From a virus, in the IMG/VR virus record IMGVR_UViG_3300044673_000097, positions 1-64,000 of that record: DNA of 64,000 nt; one strand, given 5' to 3'. Numbering within the stretch: position 1 is the first letter of the stretch; the number at the start of each line of letters is the position of its first letter. The position numbers were made by a program, and so were the translations under genes. The notes beneath the pieces were generated by a model, which worked only from the letters and a program-made list of their open reading frames with translations, was not told where the DNA came from and did no database searches. Shown here piece by piece: positions 1-9,395 of this stretch.

Positions 1-52
1 GGGTAGGGGCGGGGGTGGCTGTCGTCAGTCCTCAACCGAGTGGGAGTGCTCC

Positions 53-409
53 ATGACATCACCCGTGCAAACGCTCGCATTGATCGCTGGCATGCTGGCG
101 GCGCTGGAGCCGCGCAGGCCGGTTGTCGTCATCGAAGACGAGCCGCCGAAACCGCCGCCGCCGAATCCACTCGACACGATCATTGTGCCAGCCGTATCAG
201 GCCCCCGACGCAACGGCCACAAGCGCAGGCCAGCGATCGTCTCGTGTTCGTGTGGCGCCGAGCTCGACCTGAGCCGATTCCGAGGGTTGTCGCCCAAGGC
301 ATTCCGACTCGCCACGGGATGGGCGCGGGTGCGGGGCGATTGGACGTGCGCGAAGTGCTTGGGCGCGGGCGTCGCGGCGGCGGGGAGTGCGAGTGGGGGT
401 GGGAGATGA
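53..409 (+). CDS. hypothetical protein, Pro-rich with Cys motifs
   Basis: 118-aa ORF; stop overlaps next start (ATGA at 406-409). Confidence 0.5.
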   Translation: MTSPVQTLALIAGMLAALEPRRPVVVIEDEPPKPPPPNPLDTIIVPAVSGPRRNGHKRRPAIVSCSCGAELDLSRFRGLSPKAFRLATGWARVRGDWTCAKCLGAGVAAAGSASGGGR

Positions 410-1494
410 GCGGACCATATTGGGACCAAGCATGGAACCCTGTGCGCGGATGCACGCCAATCAGCGCGGGCTGCCTGAATTGCTGGGCTCGCACGATGCA
501 CGAGCGATTCCGCAGCGAGCCGTTTTCGGACGTGCGCACGCTGCCCGATGTCCTGAGCAAGCCGCTGCGCTGGCGCAAGCCCCGCGTCGTGTTCATCGAT
601 TGCGCGGACTTGTTCCACCCCGAGGTGCCGGACGAATTCCTCTTCCGGGTATTCGACACGCTGCGAATGAACGAGAACAGGGAACAGCCTCACACGATCC
701 TGTTACTCACCAAGCGCGCCGAACGCATGCGGGACTTTGCGTCGCGGCTGATGTGGGATGGCCGCGGTGCAGGCAGCATCTACCTGAAAGAAGCTGGGCC
801 GGCGAACCTAGCGCGCATGCTGGGGCATGTTTGGTGGGGCGTCACCGCGGAGAACCAAGCCATGGCCGACCTGCGCATTCCGCTCCTGCTCGCCACGCCC
901 GCGGCGCATCGGTGGGTCAGCGTCGAGCCGATGCTGTCCGCCATCGACTTGGATCAGTACCTGTCTCGCGGGACCATCTGTGAATGCGCGGGCGGTCCAA
1001 AGTCCGAACGGTGCGACGGGGAGTGGATCCGATGCAACGCCGGCACGCGACGGCTCGACCAGGTGATCGTCGGCGGCGAATCCGGGGCCGGGGCGCGTGC
1101 GTGCGATGTCGAGTGGCTGCGGGGCATCGTGAGCCAATGCGGCGACGCGGGGACGCCGTGTTTTGTCAAGCAACTGGGTAGCGCGTCCCACGATCGTGCC
1201 CGGATGCGATGGGTCAATCCGACGTGGGACAAGTCGGGCGAATCCAAGCTCATGCTCGAAGATCGTCACGTCGCATCCGCGTGGCCCACCGGATGCTGGC
1301 ACACGTGGGATTTCGACGGGATCGGCGGCTGGAATTCGGAGTCGCCCAACCTCGAAGCTGCGAAGCACGACGCGGAATCGGCAGTCATCGGCCAAGGCTA
1401 TGCGCCGGTTCGCCACCGTTCCCGCTCCGGCGCCGACCCCACCGAATGGCCCGAGGATCTCAGGATGCGCAATCTCGCGTGGAGGGCAGCATGA
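406..1494 (+). CDS. DUF5131 (phage Gp37/Gp68 family) protein
   Basis: WNPVRGCTPISAGCLNCWA, DLFHPEVPDEF, LLTKR, WVSVEPML and VIVGGESG motifs; start re-called at ATG 406. Confidence 0.9.
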   Translation: MSGPYWDQAWNPVRGCTPISAGCLNCWARTMHERFRSEPFSDVRTLPDVLSKPLRWRKPRVVFIDCADLFHPEVPDEFLFRVFDTLRMNENREQPHTILLLTKRAERMRDFASRLMWDGRGAGSIYLKEAGPANLARMLGHVWWGVTAENQAMADLRIPLLLATPAAHRWVSVEPMLSAIDLDQYLSRGTICECAGGPKSERCDGEWIRCNAGTRRLDQVIVGGESGAGARACDVEWLRGIVSQCGDAGTPCFVKQLGSASHDRARMRWVNPTWDKSGESKLMLEDRHVASAWPTGCWHTWDFDGIGGWNSESPNLEAAKHDAESAVIGQGYAPVRHRSRSGADPTEWPEDLRMRNLAWRAA

Positions 1495-1841
1495 CCCCCG
1501 GATACAAGTGGCGCCTACTCGCCCACGGGCAGCGGCCGAACAAGATCGCCGGACCGCTCAGCATCGAATCGGGCGGGGCAACGCAATTCGACGAGCTAGT
1601 TGTCGACGACTGGCTCCACATCGAGCAGATGGACACGCGCGTTTGGTGGATGCGCGTTGGCGAGACGACGTTCGACATTCGGATCGACCGCAAGGGGCAG
1701 GCGCGCATCACCTTGACCGAAGGGCCCGTCGAAGGGCTGACGGGTGGGTGCCAGGCATGCCACGGTACCGGGGCCGTTTTGAACTACGCAGGCGCGCCGA
1801 TCGAGTGCCCGGCATGCAAGAGGGAGGGGGCGAAGGGATGA
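1491..1841 (+). CDS. hypothetical protein with C-terminal CxxCxGxG...CxxC
   Basis: ATGA overlaps at both ends; start re-called at 1491. Confidence 0.6.
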   Translation: MTPGYKWRLLAHGQRPNKIAGPLSIESGGATQFDELVVDDWLHIEQMDTRVWWMRVGETTFDIRIDRKGQARITLTEGPVEGLTGGCQACHGTGAVLNYAGAPIECPACKREGAKG

Positions 1842-2113
1842 CCGATCTCGCACGGCTCACAATCGCGGAACTGGCGGACGCCCTCCGACCATCCGAATAT
1901 TACACGCCGGAGCACAACCCGCTTGGTAGCAAGAGGGATTGGGCACGCATGTGCCGGGATGGTTTGTTCCCGTGCGCGAAGATCGGCAAGAGGTGGATTG
2001 CTCGCCGGGCAGACTTCGACCGTTGGTTCGATGCGCAGACCCAGCGACCGGAGGAAGACCCGATCGAATCGCTCGCCCGATCCGCTGGCGTGAAGGCCCG
2101 GAGATGTGCGTGA
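1838..2113 (+). CDS. xis: putative excisionase (HTH)
   Basis: MCRDGLFPCAKIGKRWIARRADFDRW is excisionase-like; directly upstream of the integrase. Confidence 0.7.
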   Translation: MTDLARLTIAELADALRPSEYYTPEHNPLGSKRDWARMCRDGLFPCAKIGKRWIARRADFDRWFDAQTQRPEEDPIESLARSAGVKARRCA

Positions 2114-2161
2114 ACATCCGTTCCGCTTGCCGCGAAACTCGATTACCACTACCCCGCCGGC

Positions 2162-3286
2162 ATGCCGGTTCTACCTGACGGCGACGGCTTCAAGTCTCGC
2201 GTGGTCATGCCCGACGGATCGCGCCCGTGGGTCCACGTTGACGCGCGCACGCCAGAGGAAGCGACCGACATCTTCGACCGAATGCGCCAAGCCTCACAGG
2301 CACAGCGAGCAGCCACGAGGGTAAGGCGGCCATCCGCATCGATCACGGTTGAATCGTGGGTGCGCGATCGCTGGACACCATCCCGCCGAAGCCGCGGGCT
2401 CGTCAACGTCGACTGCGACCTTGGCCGGCTCGCGAAACACATATTCCCCGCCATCGGGCCGACGCCCATCACGCAGGTGTCAACCCCGCAGCTCGAGCGC
2501 GTCGTGGCCGAGCTCGACGACAAGGTGCGCGCCGGGACGCTCTCGTGGAAGTCGGCGACCTGCATATGGGGGCTCGTGACCAAGGCCTTCGACGATGCCG
2601 CACGAGCCAAGGACTCGACGCTGCGGGTGCGCCCGGACAACCCGGCGGCAGATGTGCGAGGGCCCGATCGCGGGGTCGCGCGCGGCAAGTCGATCCTGTA
2701 TCCGGACGAATGGCTCCAGGTGTGGAGATGCGAGGCGATCCCGATCCGGTGGCGACGAATGATCGCGGTCGCGATCTACACCGCCCTGCGCGTGTCGGAG
2801 CTGCGAGCGCTGCGATGGCCGGACGTGGACCTGCATCGCGGGCTGATCCACGTGCACGCGCAGCAACGACGGACAAGCGGGGACGCGCGACGACTCAAGT
2901 CCGGCGCCGTCGCGCACCATGTCGAGATCGAGCGGTCGCTGTTGCCCGTTCTCCGGCAGCTCCACAAGCAACGCGCCGACGACCGCGTGATCCCACTGCC
3001 ACCGCTGCATGCGCTATCGTCGCGCCTGCGCAAGTACCTATGGCTCGCCGGCGTGCGCCGGGAGGAACTCCACGTCCCCGCCAAAGACGCCGCTCGAAAG
3101 CCGTTCTCGTGGCACGATCTGCGGGGGACTGGCCTCACATGGTGGGCCGCACGCGGAGATCCGCCCGCGGCTCTGATGCAGCGCGCGGGGCACGTGGTCA
3201 TGAGCACGACGATGGGTTACGTGCAGCTCGCCGAGGCGGTGGGGCGTGGGATCAAGCGCCCGTTTCCTGCCCTGACCAAGCCCTGA
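2162..3286 (+). CDS. int: tyrosine integrase
   Basis: YTALRVSELRALRWPDVDL, HDLR and AGH...TTMGY catalytic motifs. Confidence 0.93.
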   Translation: MPVLPDGDGFKSRVVMPDGSRPWVHVDARTPEEATDIFDRMRQASQAQRAATRVRRPSASITVESWVRDRWTPSRRSRGLVNVDCDLGRLAKHIFPAIGPTPITQVSTPQLERVVAELDDKVRAGTLSWKSATCIWGLVTKAFDDAARAKDSTLRVRPDNPAADVRGPDRGVARGKSILYPDEWLQVWRCEAIPIRWRRMIAVAIYTALRVSELRALRWPDVDLHRGLIHVHAQQRRTSGDARRLKSGAVAHHVEIERSLLPVLRQLHKQRADDRVIPLPPLHALSSRLRKYLWLAGVRREELHVPAKDAARKPFSWHDLRGTGLTWWAARGDPPAALMQRAGHVVMSTTMGYVQLAEAVGRGIKRPFPALTKP

Positions 3287-3406
3287 CCAGCCTGACCAGA
3301 ACATCGAAATCACCGAGACATTTTGCGTCCCCAACGAGATTTGAACTCGTTTCGATATCGCGGAATATGCCTGTTTTTTGGCTGCGTTTCGGTTTCTTGG
3401 TCAGGG
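3270..3406. other. attP: core matching a tRNA-Glu-like 3' end (3325-3350) with CCTGACCA arm-type repeats
   Basis: Reverse complement of 3325-3350 is ACGAGTTCAAATCTCGTTGGGGACGC (T-arm plus acceptor strand); CCTGACCA x3 at 3271-3299; inverted CTTGGTCAGGG at 3396-3406. Confidence 0.8.
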
Positions 3407-3449
3407 ATGGCGACCGATGGCGACGACGTGATAGCGTTGGGGCCATCCC

Positions 3450-3863
3450 ATGCCCTCCCTGATCACCCTCGACCACTACACGATCACGACAGGCCACCTG
3501 CGCGAGTCGCCGCGCGCCGAGGTGACGATCCCGCTCGACATGCTGGCCGACCAGCTCACCACGGGCGTGCACCCGATGCCGAACTTCGAAGGCTACTCGG
3601 TGCGCTCGACGGTCGCCGGAACCATGCTTGCCGCGACCGTGTTCTATGGCCCGGCGCCGCTTGTGACGGCTCTGTGCGTCGTCGACGCGGCGGGATTGGC
3701 CGAAGCCCTCAGGCTCACAGGCGCGAGGCCTCCGAGGCGACTGGAGGCCCCGGCGTGCCTGGTGACGGTGCACCCGACGATCATGGCGGCGCCCGACGCG
3801 CAGTCGTGGATCGGGGATTGGGAGCGTTGCCTTGCGTGGGCGTGGGTGGAGAAGATGGGCTAG
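3450..3863 (+). CDS. hypothetical protein
   Basis: 137-aa ORF with natural-looking composition. Confidence 0.6.
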   Translation: MPSLITLDHYTITTGHLRESPRAEVTIPLDMLADQLTTGVHPMPNFEGYSVRSTVAGTMLAATVFYGPAPLVTALCVVDAAGLAEALRLTGARPPRRLEAPACLVTVHPTIMAAPDAQSWIGDWERCLAWAWVEKMG

Positions 3864-3878
3864 GCCGCCTGGTCATTC

Positions 3879-4331
3879 TCAGAAGTCGGCGATGGGCCGC
3901 AAGGGTAGCGGCAGCGGATTCGGGTCGGCGCGCATCATGTCGCGCCCACGGATCGAACTCATCCGCCGAAAGTGGAACTGCTCAGCCGCGCGCCCTTCCA
4001 GTACCCTACGGGCGCATGACGAAAGGTACTCCCAACTGTAGCGCCGAGGGTCCCCTTCCCTGCCATGCTTTGGGATTTCGAGCGACTCCAGAGCGCGCCC
4101 GAAAGTGATGAGTCGCTGCGACGGATAAAACCACTCCCGATCTATCCACAGGTAGCTGAACATCTCCTGGATCATCTCCTCTTGCCTCACGTGGACAACG
4201 CGAGGATCCACCCCCAGCACTTCCAGGTCTTCCCCGCGTTCGGCGCAGATCTGCTCAATCCTGCGCTCGACCACGGTGGAGAACCCAATCTTGACCATCC
4301 CGGTCATTGACGAGCGAATCACGTAGAGCAT
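3879..4331 (-). CDS. T5orf172/GIY-YIG-like domain protein
   Basis: LYVIRS..GMVKIGFS..VERRIEQI...EWF pattern. Confidence 0.7.
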   Translation of the reverse strand: MLYVIRSSMTGMVKIGFSTVVERRIEQICAERGEDLEVLGVDPRVVHVRQEEMIQEMFSYLWIDREWFYPSQRLITFGRALESLEIPKHGREGDPRRYSWEYLSSCARRVLEGRAAEQFHFRRMSSIRGRDMMRADPNPLPLPLRPIADF

Positions 4332-4391
4332 GTCGCCTCGTGCGCCGAAGCCCCGCCTTGTTTCAGAGCGGGGCCGGTCGGCTTGTCGTGC

Positions 4392-4844
4392 TCAGTCGCA
4401 CCACTCGCAGTTGCGCTTCCAAGCCGCGTCGGCGTCGAAGTCCCAGTTGCGCCAGTTGAACTCATGCAGCTCGAGACGATGCACCCGGCCGCCGTGGTCT
4501 TCGACGATGGTCACGGTCTTCGCGGTGATGCTCGTGATCGTGCCCATGTAGGTCATGTTGTAGCCACCGTAAGACGCCGTGTCGCCGAGGATGAAGGTGC
4601 GCGAGTAAGTAACGGGCCCGCCGACGCGATTGCCGTAGACGCCGTGCAGCGTGATCGACTTGCCGGGAACGATCGTCGCGTGCTGCCCGACGGCGGCATC
4701 GCGCTCGATGATCCGCCCGAAGCGCTTGTAAGGCTTCGCGGGGATGTCGCGGATCTCGATGATCTTGGCAGCGCGCGGGGCGGCGGGCATCGAAACGCCG
4801 TTGTCGTTCGCGGTGTCGGTGGTGGTGGTGTCGATGAGCATCAT
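4392..4844 (-). CDS. hypothetical protein
   Basis: Protein-like 3' part of ORF 4392-5183; start re-called at 4844. Confidence 0.6.
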   Translation of the reverse strand: MMLIDTTTTDTANDNGVSMPAAPRAAKIIEIRDIPAKPYKRFGRIIERDAAVGQHATIVPGKSITLHGVYGNRVGGPVTYSRTFILGDTASYGGYNMTYMGTITSITAKTVTIVEDHGGRVHRLELHEFNWRNWDFDADAAWKRNCEWCD

Positions 4845-4876
4845 GACCGAATCACCTTGCAGAGAACGTGCCACGC

Positions 4877-4904
4877 TTGACATGTTCCGTGGCGCATCTA
4901 TTAT
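4877..4904 (+). promoter_or_regulatory. sigma70-like promoter
   Basis: TTGACA-16 nt-TATTAT upstream of the HTH gene. Confidence 0.6.
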
Positions 4905-4945
4905 GGCAGGAAGCTCCCGGCACGGGACGCGCAAAGGTGCCAGAC

Positions 4946-5185
4946 ATGCCCGCTCCAAAGTCCCCATTGGGCAGCGCCATTCGCGCGTGCCTCGAATCGA
5001 AAGACCATGTTTTTCGCGCGGTTGCGATCGAGCGAATCCGCAGCTCCCTTCGTCATCATGGGGGCAACCGGAAGGCCGTGGCCGAAGAGCTCGGGGTCGG
5101 ACTTCGCACTCTTCTGCGACTGCTTCACGATGAATCCGTGAGGAAGGAACTGGGCCTTCCACCCCCGAGGCCGGGGAGGGCATGA
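4946..5185 (+). CDS. Fis-type HTH DNA-binding protein
   Basis: SLRHHGGNRKAVAEELGVGLRTLLRLL. Confidence 0.75.
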   Translation: MPAPKSPLGSAIRACLESKDHVFRAVAIERIRSSLRHHGGNRKAVAEELGVGLRTLLRLLHDESVRKELGLPPPRPGRA

Positions 5186-5217
5186 TCCAAATGTCATGGG
5201 TGGACCACTGCTCGCAA

Positions 5218-5233
5218 GTGCCACGCGTGGCAC
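5218..5233. promoter_or_regulatory. 16-bp perfect palindrome, candidate operator
   Basis: GTGCCACGCGTGGCAC; related half-sites at about 4868, 5339 and 5408-5423. Confidence 0.5.
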
Positions 5234-5445
5234 GTGTTTTTCGACGAAGCGAGCCAGTGTTCCGGCGTTCTTGGCTGTTCAGTATGACACCGGGCGCTTG
5301 CAGAATCTCCGAGGAAACTGCGGGTCGGCCTGTTCAGCGTGTCACGCCTGTCATGCCACGGCGGGTTCACGATGGGTGGCTCAACGGGTTTATGCGGGTT
5401 TGCGAACGTGTCACCCGTGGCACGTTGCCTGCATCATCGGCTGGC

Positions 5446-5643
5446 ATGAACACGACGACGACCAACACCGCGACCGACCTCGTGACCTTCTTCGCCTCCA
5501 AGATCGCCCAGTGCGAAAGCATCATGGACGACCACCGCGCCGCCGGAGAGCTTGGCAAGATGCTCGAGGCGTCCGGGGAACTGGACTACTACCAGCGCCG
5601 CATGAACGAGGCGCTTGCCGCCACGGTGGCGCTCGCCGCCTGA
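5446..5643 (+). CDS. small hypothetical protein
   Basis: MNTTTTNTATDLVTFF...; 65 aa. Confidence 0.55.
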   Translation: MNTTTTNTATDLVTFFASKIAQCESIMDDHRAAGELGKMLEASGELDYYQRRMNEALAATVALAA

Positions 5644-5713
5644 CCCCACCCCAACCAGCTCCGGCCCGGTAGCCCTCGCGGTTCCGGGCCTGAAGGCGTA
5701 GGAGGAACCCAAC

Positions 5714-6115
5714 ATGACGACCCAGAACCCGACCGACACCGAGATCGCCACGTATCAGGACCGTCTCGCCCGCGAGGGCGACCATGCCGGGGTGGAGCTG
5801 TGCGAGATCGCGCTCCAGTGCGGCGAGCACACCACCGCGTCGGCTCTCGACGCATCCCGCGCCCGTGACCGGCTCTGGCAGATGATGCAGGATGATGCCG
5901 AGCCCTCGCAGCCTCACGACGCCTCGACGATTTGGGTCACGTGCTTCGGAAACGACACGGTCGAGGAAGTGTTGCGGGAAGCCAAGCGCCAGAGCGTGAC
6001 GCCGCAGGACTACGCGCGGGACGCCGTCCGCCAAGCCGTCGAGCAGGGCGCCGACCTCGGCGGCATCGACGCGTACAAGTCGCTTTGCAAGTCGCTCGGG
6101 ATCGATTGCTGCTGA
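5714..6115 (+). CDS. hypothetical protein
   Basis: GGAGG RBS; 133 aa. Confidence 0.7.
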   Translation: MTTQNPTDTEIATYQDRLAREGDHAGVELCEIALQCGEHTTASALDASRARDRLWQMMQDDAEPSQPHDASTIWVTCFGNDTVEEVLREAKRQSVTPQDYARDAVRQAVEQGADLGGIDAYKSLCKSLGIDCC

Positions 6116-6129
6116 CCCTCACCCTCTCA

Positions 6130-6168
6130 GCCCCGCCCGAACCCAGGTAACGCTGGGGCGGGCTTTTT
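6130..6168 (+). terminator. intrinsic terminator
   Basis: GC-rich stem ending CTGGGGCGGGC followed by TTTTT. Confidence 0.6.
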
Positions 6169-6328
6169 GGGCAGATGCAGCGTTCCGCGGTTGCGACAAT
6201 CTACAGCGGTACCGGTCGCCGGGGAATCGTGGCGGTAGGGATGGCCCCCGAAGGCAGGCCGTACCGAGGCCGGGGAATCGGGCCTGCTCTCGGGGCTGTG
6301 AAAGGCAACGGGGGCGCCAGAGGGAATC

Positions 6329-6580
6329 ATGAGCGACCCAATCACCGCCGCGTCGTTGCTCGCACGAGCCCGCTACGTCGTCACGTCGATGACGCTCGAA
6401 GCGTACGCCGAGACGCTGCCCTTCGACACCGTCGCCCGCGTGAGGTTCGACGGATGGCAGGTCACCGAGGTGCGCCGGTACGCCGACTCGACGCAGGCCT
6501 GGCGCGACAAGCGCGAGGGGGAAAGCGTCGTGCATCGACGGCGCCCGTGGAAGGGCGTGCAATTCGAGGCTACCCCATGA
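6329..6580 (+). CDS. hypothetical protein
   Basis: GAGG RBS; ATGA overlap with next gene. Confidence 0.55.
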   Translation: MSDPITAASLLARARYVVTSMTLEAYAETLPFDTVARVRFDGWQVTEVRRYADSTQAWRDKREGESVVHRRRPWKGVQFEATP

Positions 6581-7362
6581 CCGACACCACCCTCGCCCGT
6601 CGCAGCACCGTCCGAGAACTCGTCGCCGCGTTCCAGGTTGCAGAACAGACCGTGCGGCGCTGCTTTTCGCAACTGGCCGAAGCAGAGCGAGAGGTCAACC
6701 TCGCGTTCACTGCGTCGAACAGGAGCGAGATCAGCATCGACGCGAACGAGCACTGGGGCAGCCGGTGGGACGACGCCGACGCGACCATCGAGAAGATGCA
6801 GCGTCAGGCGTGGCGCGTGATCGTCGATCGGCTCGAGCTGCGGCGGGCGATGTCGATTGCGCGCTACGACGAGCTGGTGCGCACGCTCGACCACGAGAAG
6901 CTCCCACCCATCACCGAGGAGAACGTGAGCGCGTTCGTCGACAGGTTCGCCCAAGACTTGCCCGCCATGATCAGCGAGGCCGTGCGCGAGGTCTTCGAAT
7001 GGCTTCGACCTCGCAACAGCAAGCTCAAGACCAACAGCGAATACGAGGTCCCGGCGAAGGTCATCTTGCCGAGCATGGTCGAGATGACGTTCGGCCGCTG
7101 GCACGTCAACCACTACCGGCAGCAGAACCTCGTCGCGCTCGAAAACGTCTTCAATTCGTTGGCGGGCAATGGGCAAGTGGCGAAGGCGTACCAGTCGCAG
7201 CTCCAGACCGCGATCGAGGCGTCGAGCGGTGAGGGGGAGACGGAGCTGTTTCGCTTCAAGGCATGCGCGAACCGCAACCTCCACCTGTGGTTCAAGCGCG
7301 GCGACCTGCTCGCGCGATTCAACCGGATCGCGGGCGGGAAGCGATTGCGACCGGCGGCGTAG
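6577..7362 (+). CDS. DUF4942-like protein
   Basis: AWRVIVD, PITEENV, KTNSEY.VPAKVIL and FRFKACANRNLHLWFKRGDL motifs. Confidence 0.75.
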   Translation: MTDTTLARRSTVRELVAAFQVAEQTVRRCFSQLAEAEREVNLAFTASNRSEISIDANEHWGSRWDDADATIEKMQRQAWRVIVDRLELRRAMSIARYDELVRTLDHEKLPPITEENVSAFVDRFAQDLPAMISEAVREVFEWLRPRNSKLKTNSEYEVPAKVILPSMVEMTFGRWHVNHYRQQNLVALENVFNSLAGNGQVAKAYQSQLQTAIEASSGEGETELFRFKACANRNLHLWFKRGDLLARFNRIAGGKRLRPAA

Positions 7363-7414
7363 GCGTCAACCGTCGCGTTGACATCCTGCGTTCGGCGTCA
7401 ACAGAGGAGACACC

Positions 7415-7714
7415 ATGAGCAGGCTGGACAAGAACGTGCATCTGTCCGAATACCGCACATGCGACGAATGCGGCGGCGGAGATCGGGCCACCGTCTGCTT
7501 CTACGCGTGGTACGAGTCTGGCAGTTACAACTGCTCGACCACGCACAACGTCTGCGCCGAGTGCTTGCGGAAGGCGCTGGCCATCATCGAGACCGCCGAG
7601 AAGCGGCAAGTGCAACTGACCACGGATGCGGCCGGAATCCCGCTATGTGGCCGAGCCACAGACGGCGGCACCGCGTGTCGAAGGCCCGAGGGCCATGGCG
7701 GCAGGTGCTGGTAG
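7415..7714 (+). CDS. small Cys-rich hypothetical protein
   Basis: GAGGAG RBS; CDEC...CAEC. Confidence 0.6.
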   Translation: MSRLDKNVHLSEYRTCDECGGGDRATVCFYAWYESGSYNCSTTHNVCAECLRKALAIIETAEKRQVQLTTDAAGIPLCGRATDGGTACRRPEGHGGRCW

Positions 7715-7740
7715 TGCCATGGGGCCTCGCACAAAACGCC

Positions 7741-7774
7741 GAAAGCCCGACCCCCGCGAGGGAGCCGGGCCTTT
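7741..7774. terminator. terminator between convergent early and late units
   Basis: AAAGCCCG...CGGGCCTTT hairpin with T-rich flanks. Confidence 0.6.
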
Positions 7775-7794
7775 GCACACTAAACCCAGCCGCT

Positions 7795-8355
7795 TTATCG
7801 AGCATCCGATGGGTTTATCGACGCCTCGATATTCGGCGTCATCGCCTCCACCACCATGCCGAGCAGCGCGTCCCATGGGAAGCTAGAGCCGGGGTCGACG
7901 TGGTTCGTACCGCCGAGCGTGCGGGTGATGTCCCAATGCCCCACGACGCCGCCCACGCCTGCCCGTATCGCGTCGAGCGTGGGGCGGACGGGCGCGACGT
8001 TGTGCCGCGCGCACAGACCCGCGACGAGGCCAGCGGCGAGCCGTAGCATCGCCTGCGCGTCGGGCGTCGCCCATTGCTCGGGCGTCATGGCGGCGCGGCC
8101 GGCGAGCTCGATGCCGATTGATTCCCCGTTGGCCTTCCCGCCCACGTGCCACGCGACGTTGTGATCCTCGACGCATTGGACGACATCGACGGGATCGATG
8201 CAGTAGTGAGCCGACACGGGACGCGAGAAGAACCCCCGCGCAACGGCTCGAGCCATGCCCCGCGCGAGCGGAACCTCGGCGGTATGGATGACGACGAATC
8301 GGATCGGCCGGGGGCCAGCGTGGGGAGAAAAGTGGGGCGAGGCAATCCAGATCAT
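7795..8355 (-). CDS. N-acetylmuramoyl-L-alanine amidase (endolysin)
   Basis: VVIHTAE, SAHY, AWHVG, SIGIE, GH and HVDPG Amidase_2 motifs. Confidence 0.92.
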   Translation of the reverse strand: MIWIASPHFSPHAGPRPIRFVVIHTAEVPLARGMARAVARGFFSRPVSAHYCIDPVDVVQCVEDHNVAWHVGGKANGESIGIELAGRAAMTPEQWATPDAQAMLRLAAGLVAGLCARHNVAPVRPTLDAIRAGVGGVVGHWDITRTLGGTNHVDPGSSFPWDALLGMVVEAMTPNIEASINPSDAR

Positions 8356-9071
8356 GGGTCCTCCAACGCCGCGCCAGGCTCGACCCACGTGACGCCGGGG
8401 TGACGCACGAACGGCAGCACGCCTTCGTGGCTGACGAGCGTTGCGAGTTCCTTCGACCGAAGCACGTTGTCGAGTGGCATGCGGACGCCGTCGACCTCGC
8501 AGGTTCGGCACACGAGACGAACCCCCTCCGAATAGTCGGTATGGCCAAGGTCGTGCGCCAATCCAACCGGCTGCCATGGCTTGCCGTCGCGCAACCTGTG
8601 CCACCCGTAGTTCGCCGCGCGGTCGGGCACAAGCTGCTTGGTCAGGACCCAATCCTTGCCGACGCTGGACACGAGCCCTTTGCGACCGGCGATCAGCTCG
8701 TCGACCATGCGCGAGATCTCGACCATGCGATCGGTGTGCGACATGGTCCCATCCACCACCCATCCGTACTGAGGCAGCGGGGCGACTCGTACGGTTGCCT
8801 GCGCCCACGTCATGTCGCTGATTCGAGCGGTGGGGAGTCGGGCATCGAAGTAGTCGGCGACCTGTTGCGCGGTCCGGTGCGTCATCGTCAGGCGAATGCC
8901 GCCAACCTTCAGAGCATCCTCGGCAACCCACAGCTTGCAGACGTGATTGCCCTTCGCGCTCGTGATCGGGCACCACACGATCGGTTCGGCCTGCCCGCCG
9001 ATGATCGCTTCGAGGATCAGCCGCTCGCGTTCTTGCGATGGGGCGTTCGGGATCGTCGTCACGTCAACCAT
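8352..9071 (-). CDS. hypothetical protein coupled to the amidase
   Basis: ATGA overlap; GKDWVL, NYGWH and H..DYS motifs. Confidence 0.7.
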   Translation of the reverse strand: MVDVTTIPNAPSQERERLILEAIIGGQAEPIVWCPITSAKGNHVCKLWVAEDALKVGGIRLTMTHRTAQQVADYFDARLPTARISDMTWAQATVRVAPLPQYGWVVDGTMSHTDRMVEISRMVDELIAGRKGLVSSVGKDWVLTKQLVPDRAANYGWHRLRDGKPWQPVGLAHDLGHTDYSEGVRLVCRTCEVDGVRMPLDNVLRSKELATLVSHEGVLPFVRHPGVTWVEPGAALEDP

Positions 9072-9179
9072 GCAACCGCCCTTTCGATTCGTCGCCACAA
9101 CCACGCAAGCCACCACCGGGGATCCCACGGCGAGACGTGGATGATTCGCCACGTGTACCGGCCCGCCGATGGGCGCACA

Positions 9180-9395
9180 TTACGAACCAGCACGAATCGA
9201 GGCTTCATCGTTGCTCGCCTTCGCGGTGTATCGTTCGGGGTGCTTTCTGATTCCGTGGACCACCCAACATGCGGGGCACACCACGTCATCGCACCATGAG
9301 CAGCGCCAGCCGTCGTTGCCGCGCACGGGGTGGATCTGTGGCTCGGCGGCCATGGCAATCACACGCCCACACGAGCAACGACGGGGAAGCTGCAT
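9180..9395 (-). CDS. small Zn-finger-like protein
   Basis: CSC...CSWC..VCPAC..H; overlaps the upstream stop codon. Confidence 0.45.
   Translation of the reverse strand: MQLPRRCSCGRVIAMAAEPQIHPVRGNDGWRCSWCDDVVCPACWVVHGIRKHPERYTAKASNDEASIRAGS

Noticed and set aside
3320-3360. Complete tRNA gene
   Set aside because: Only the T-arm and acceptor 3' strand are present; interpreted as the att core.
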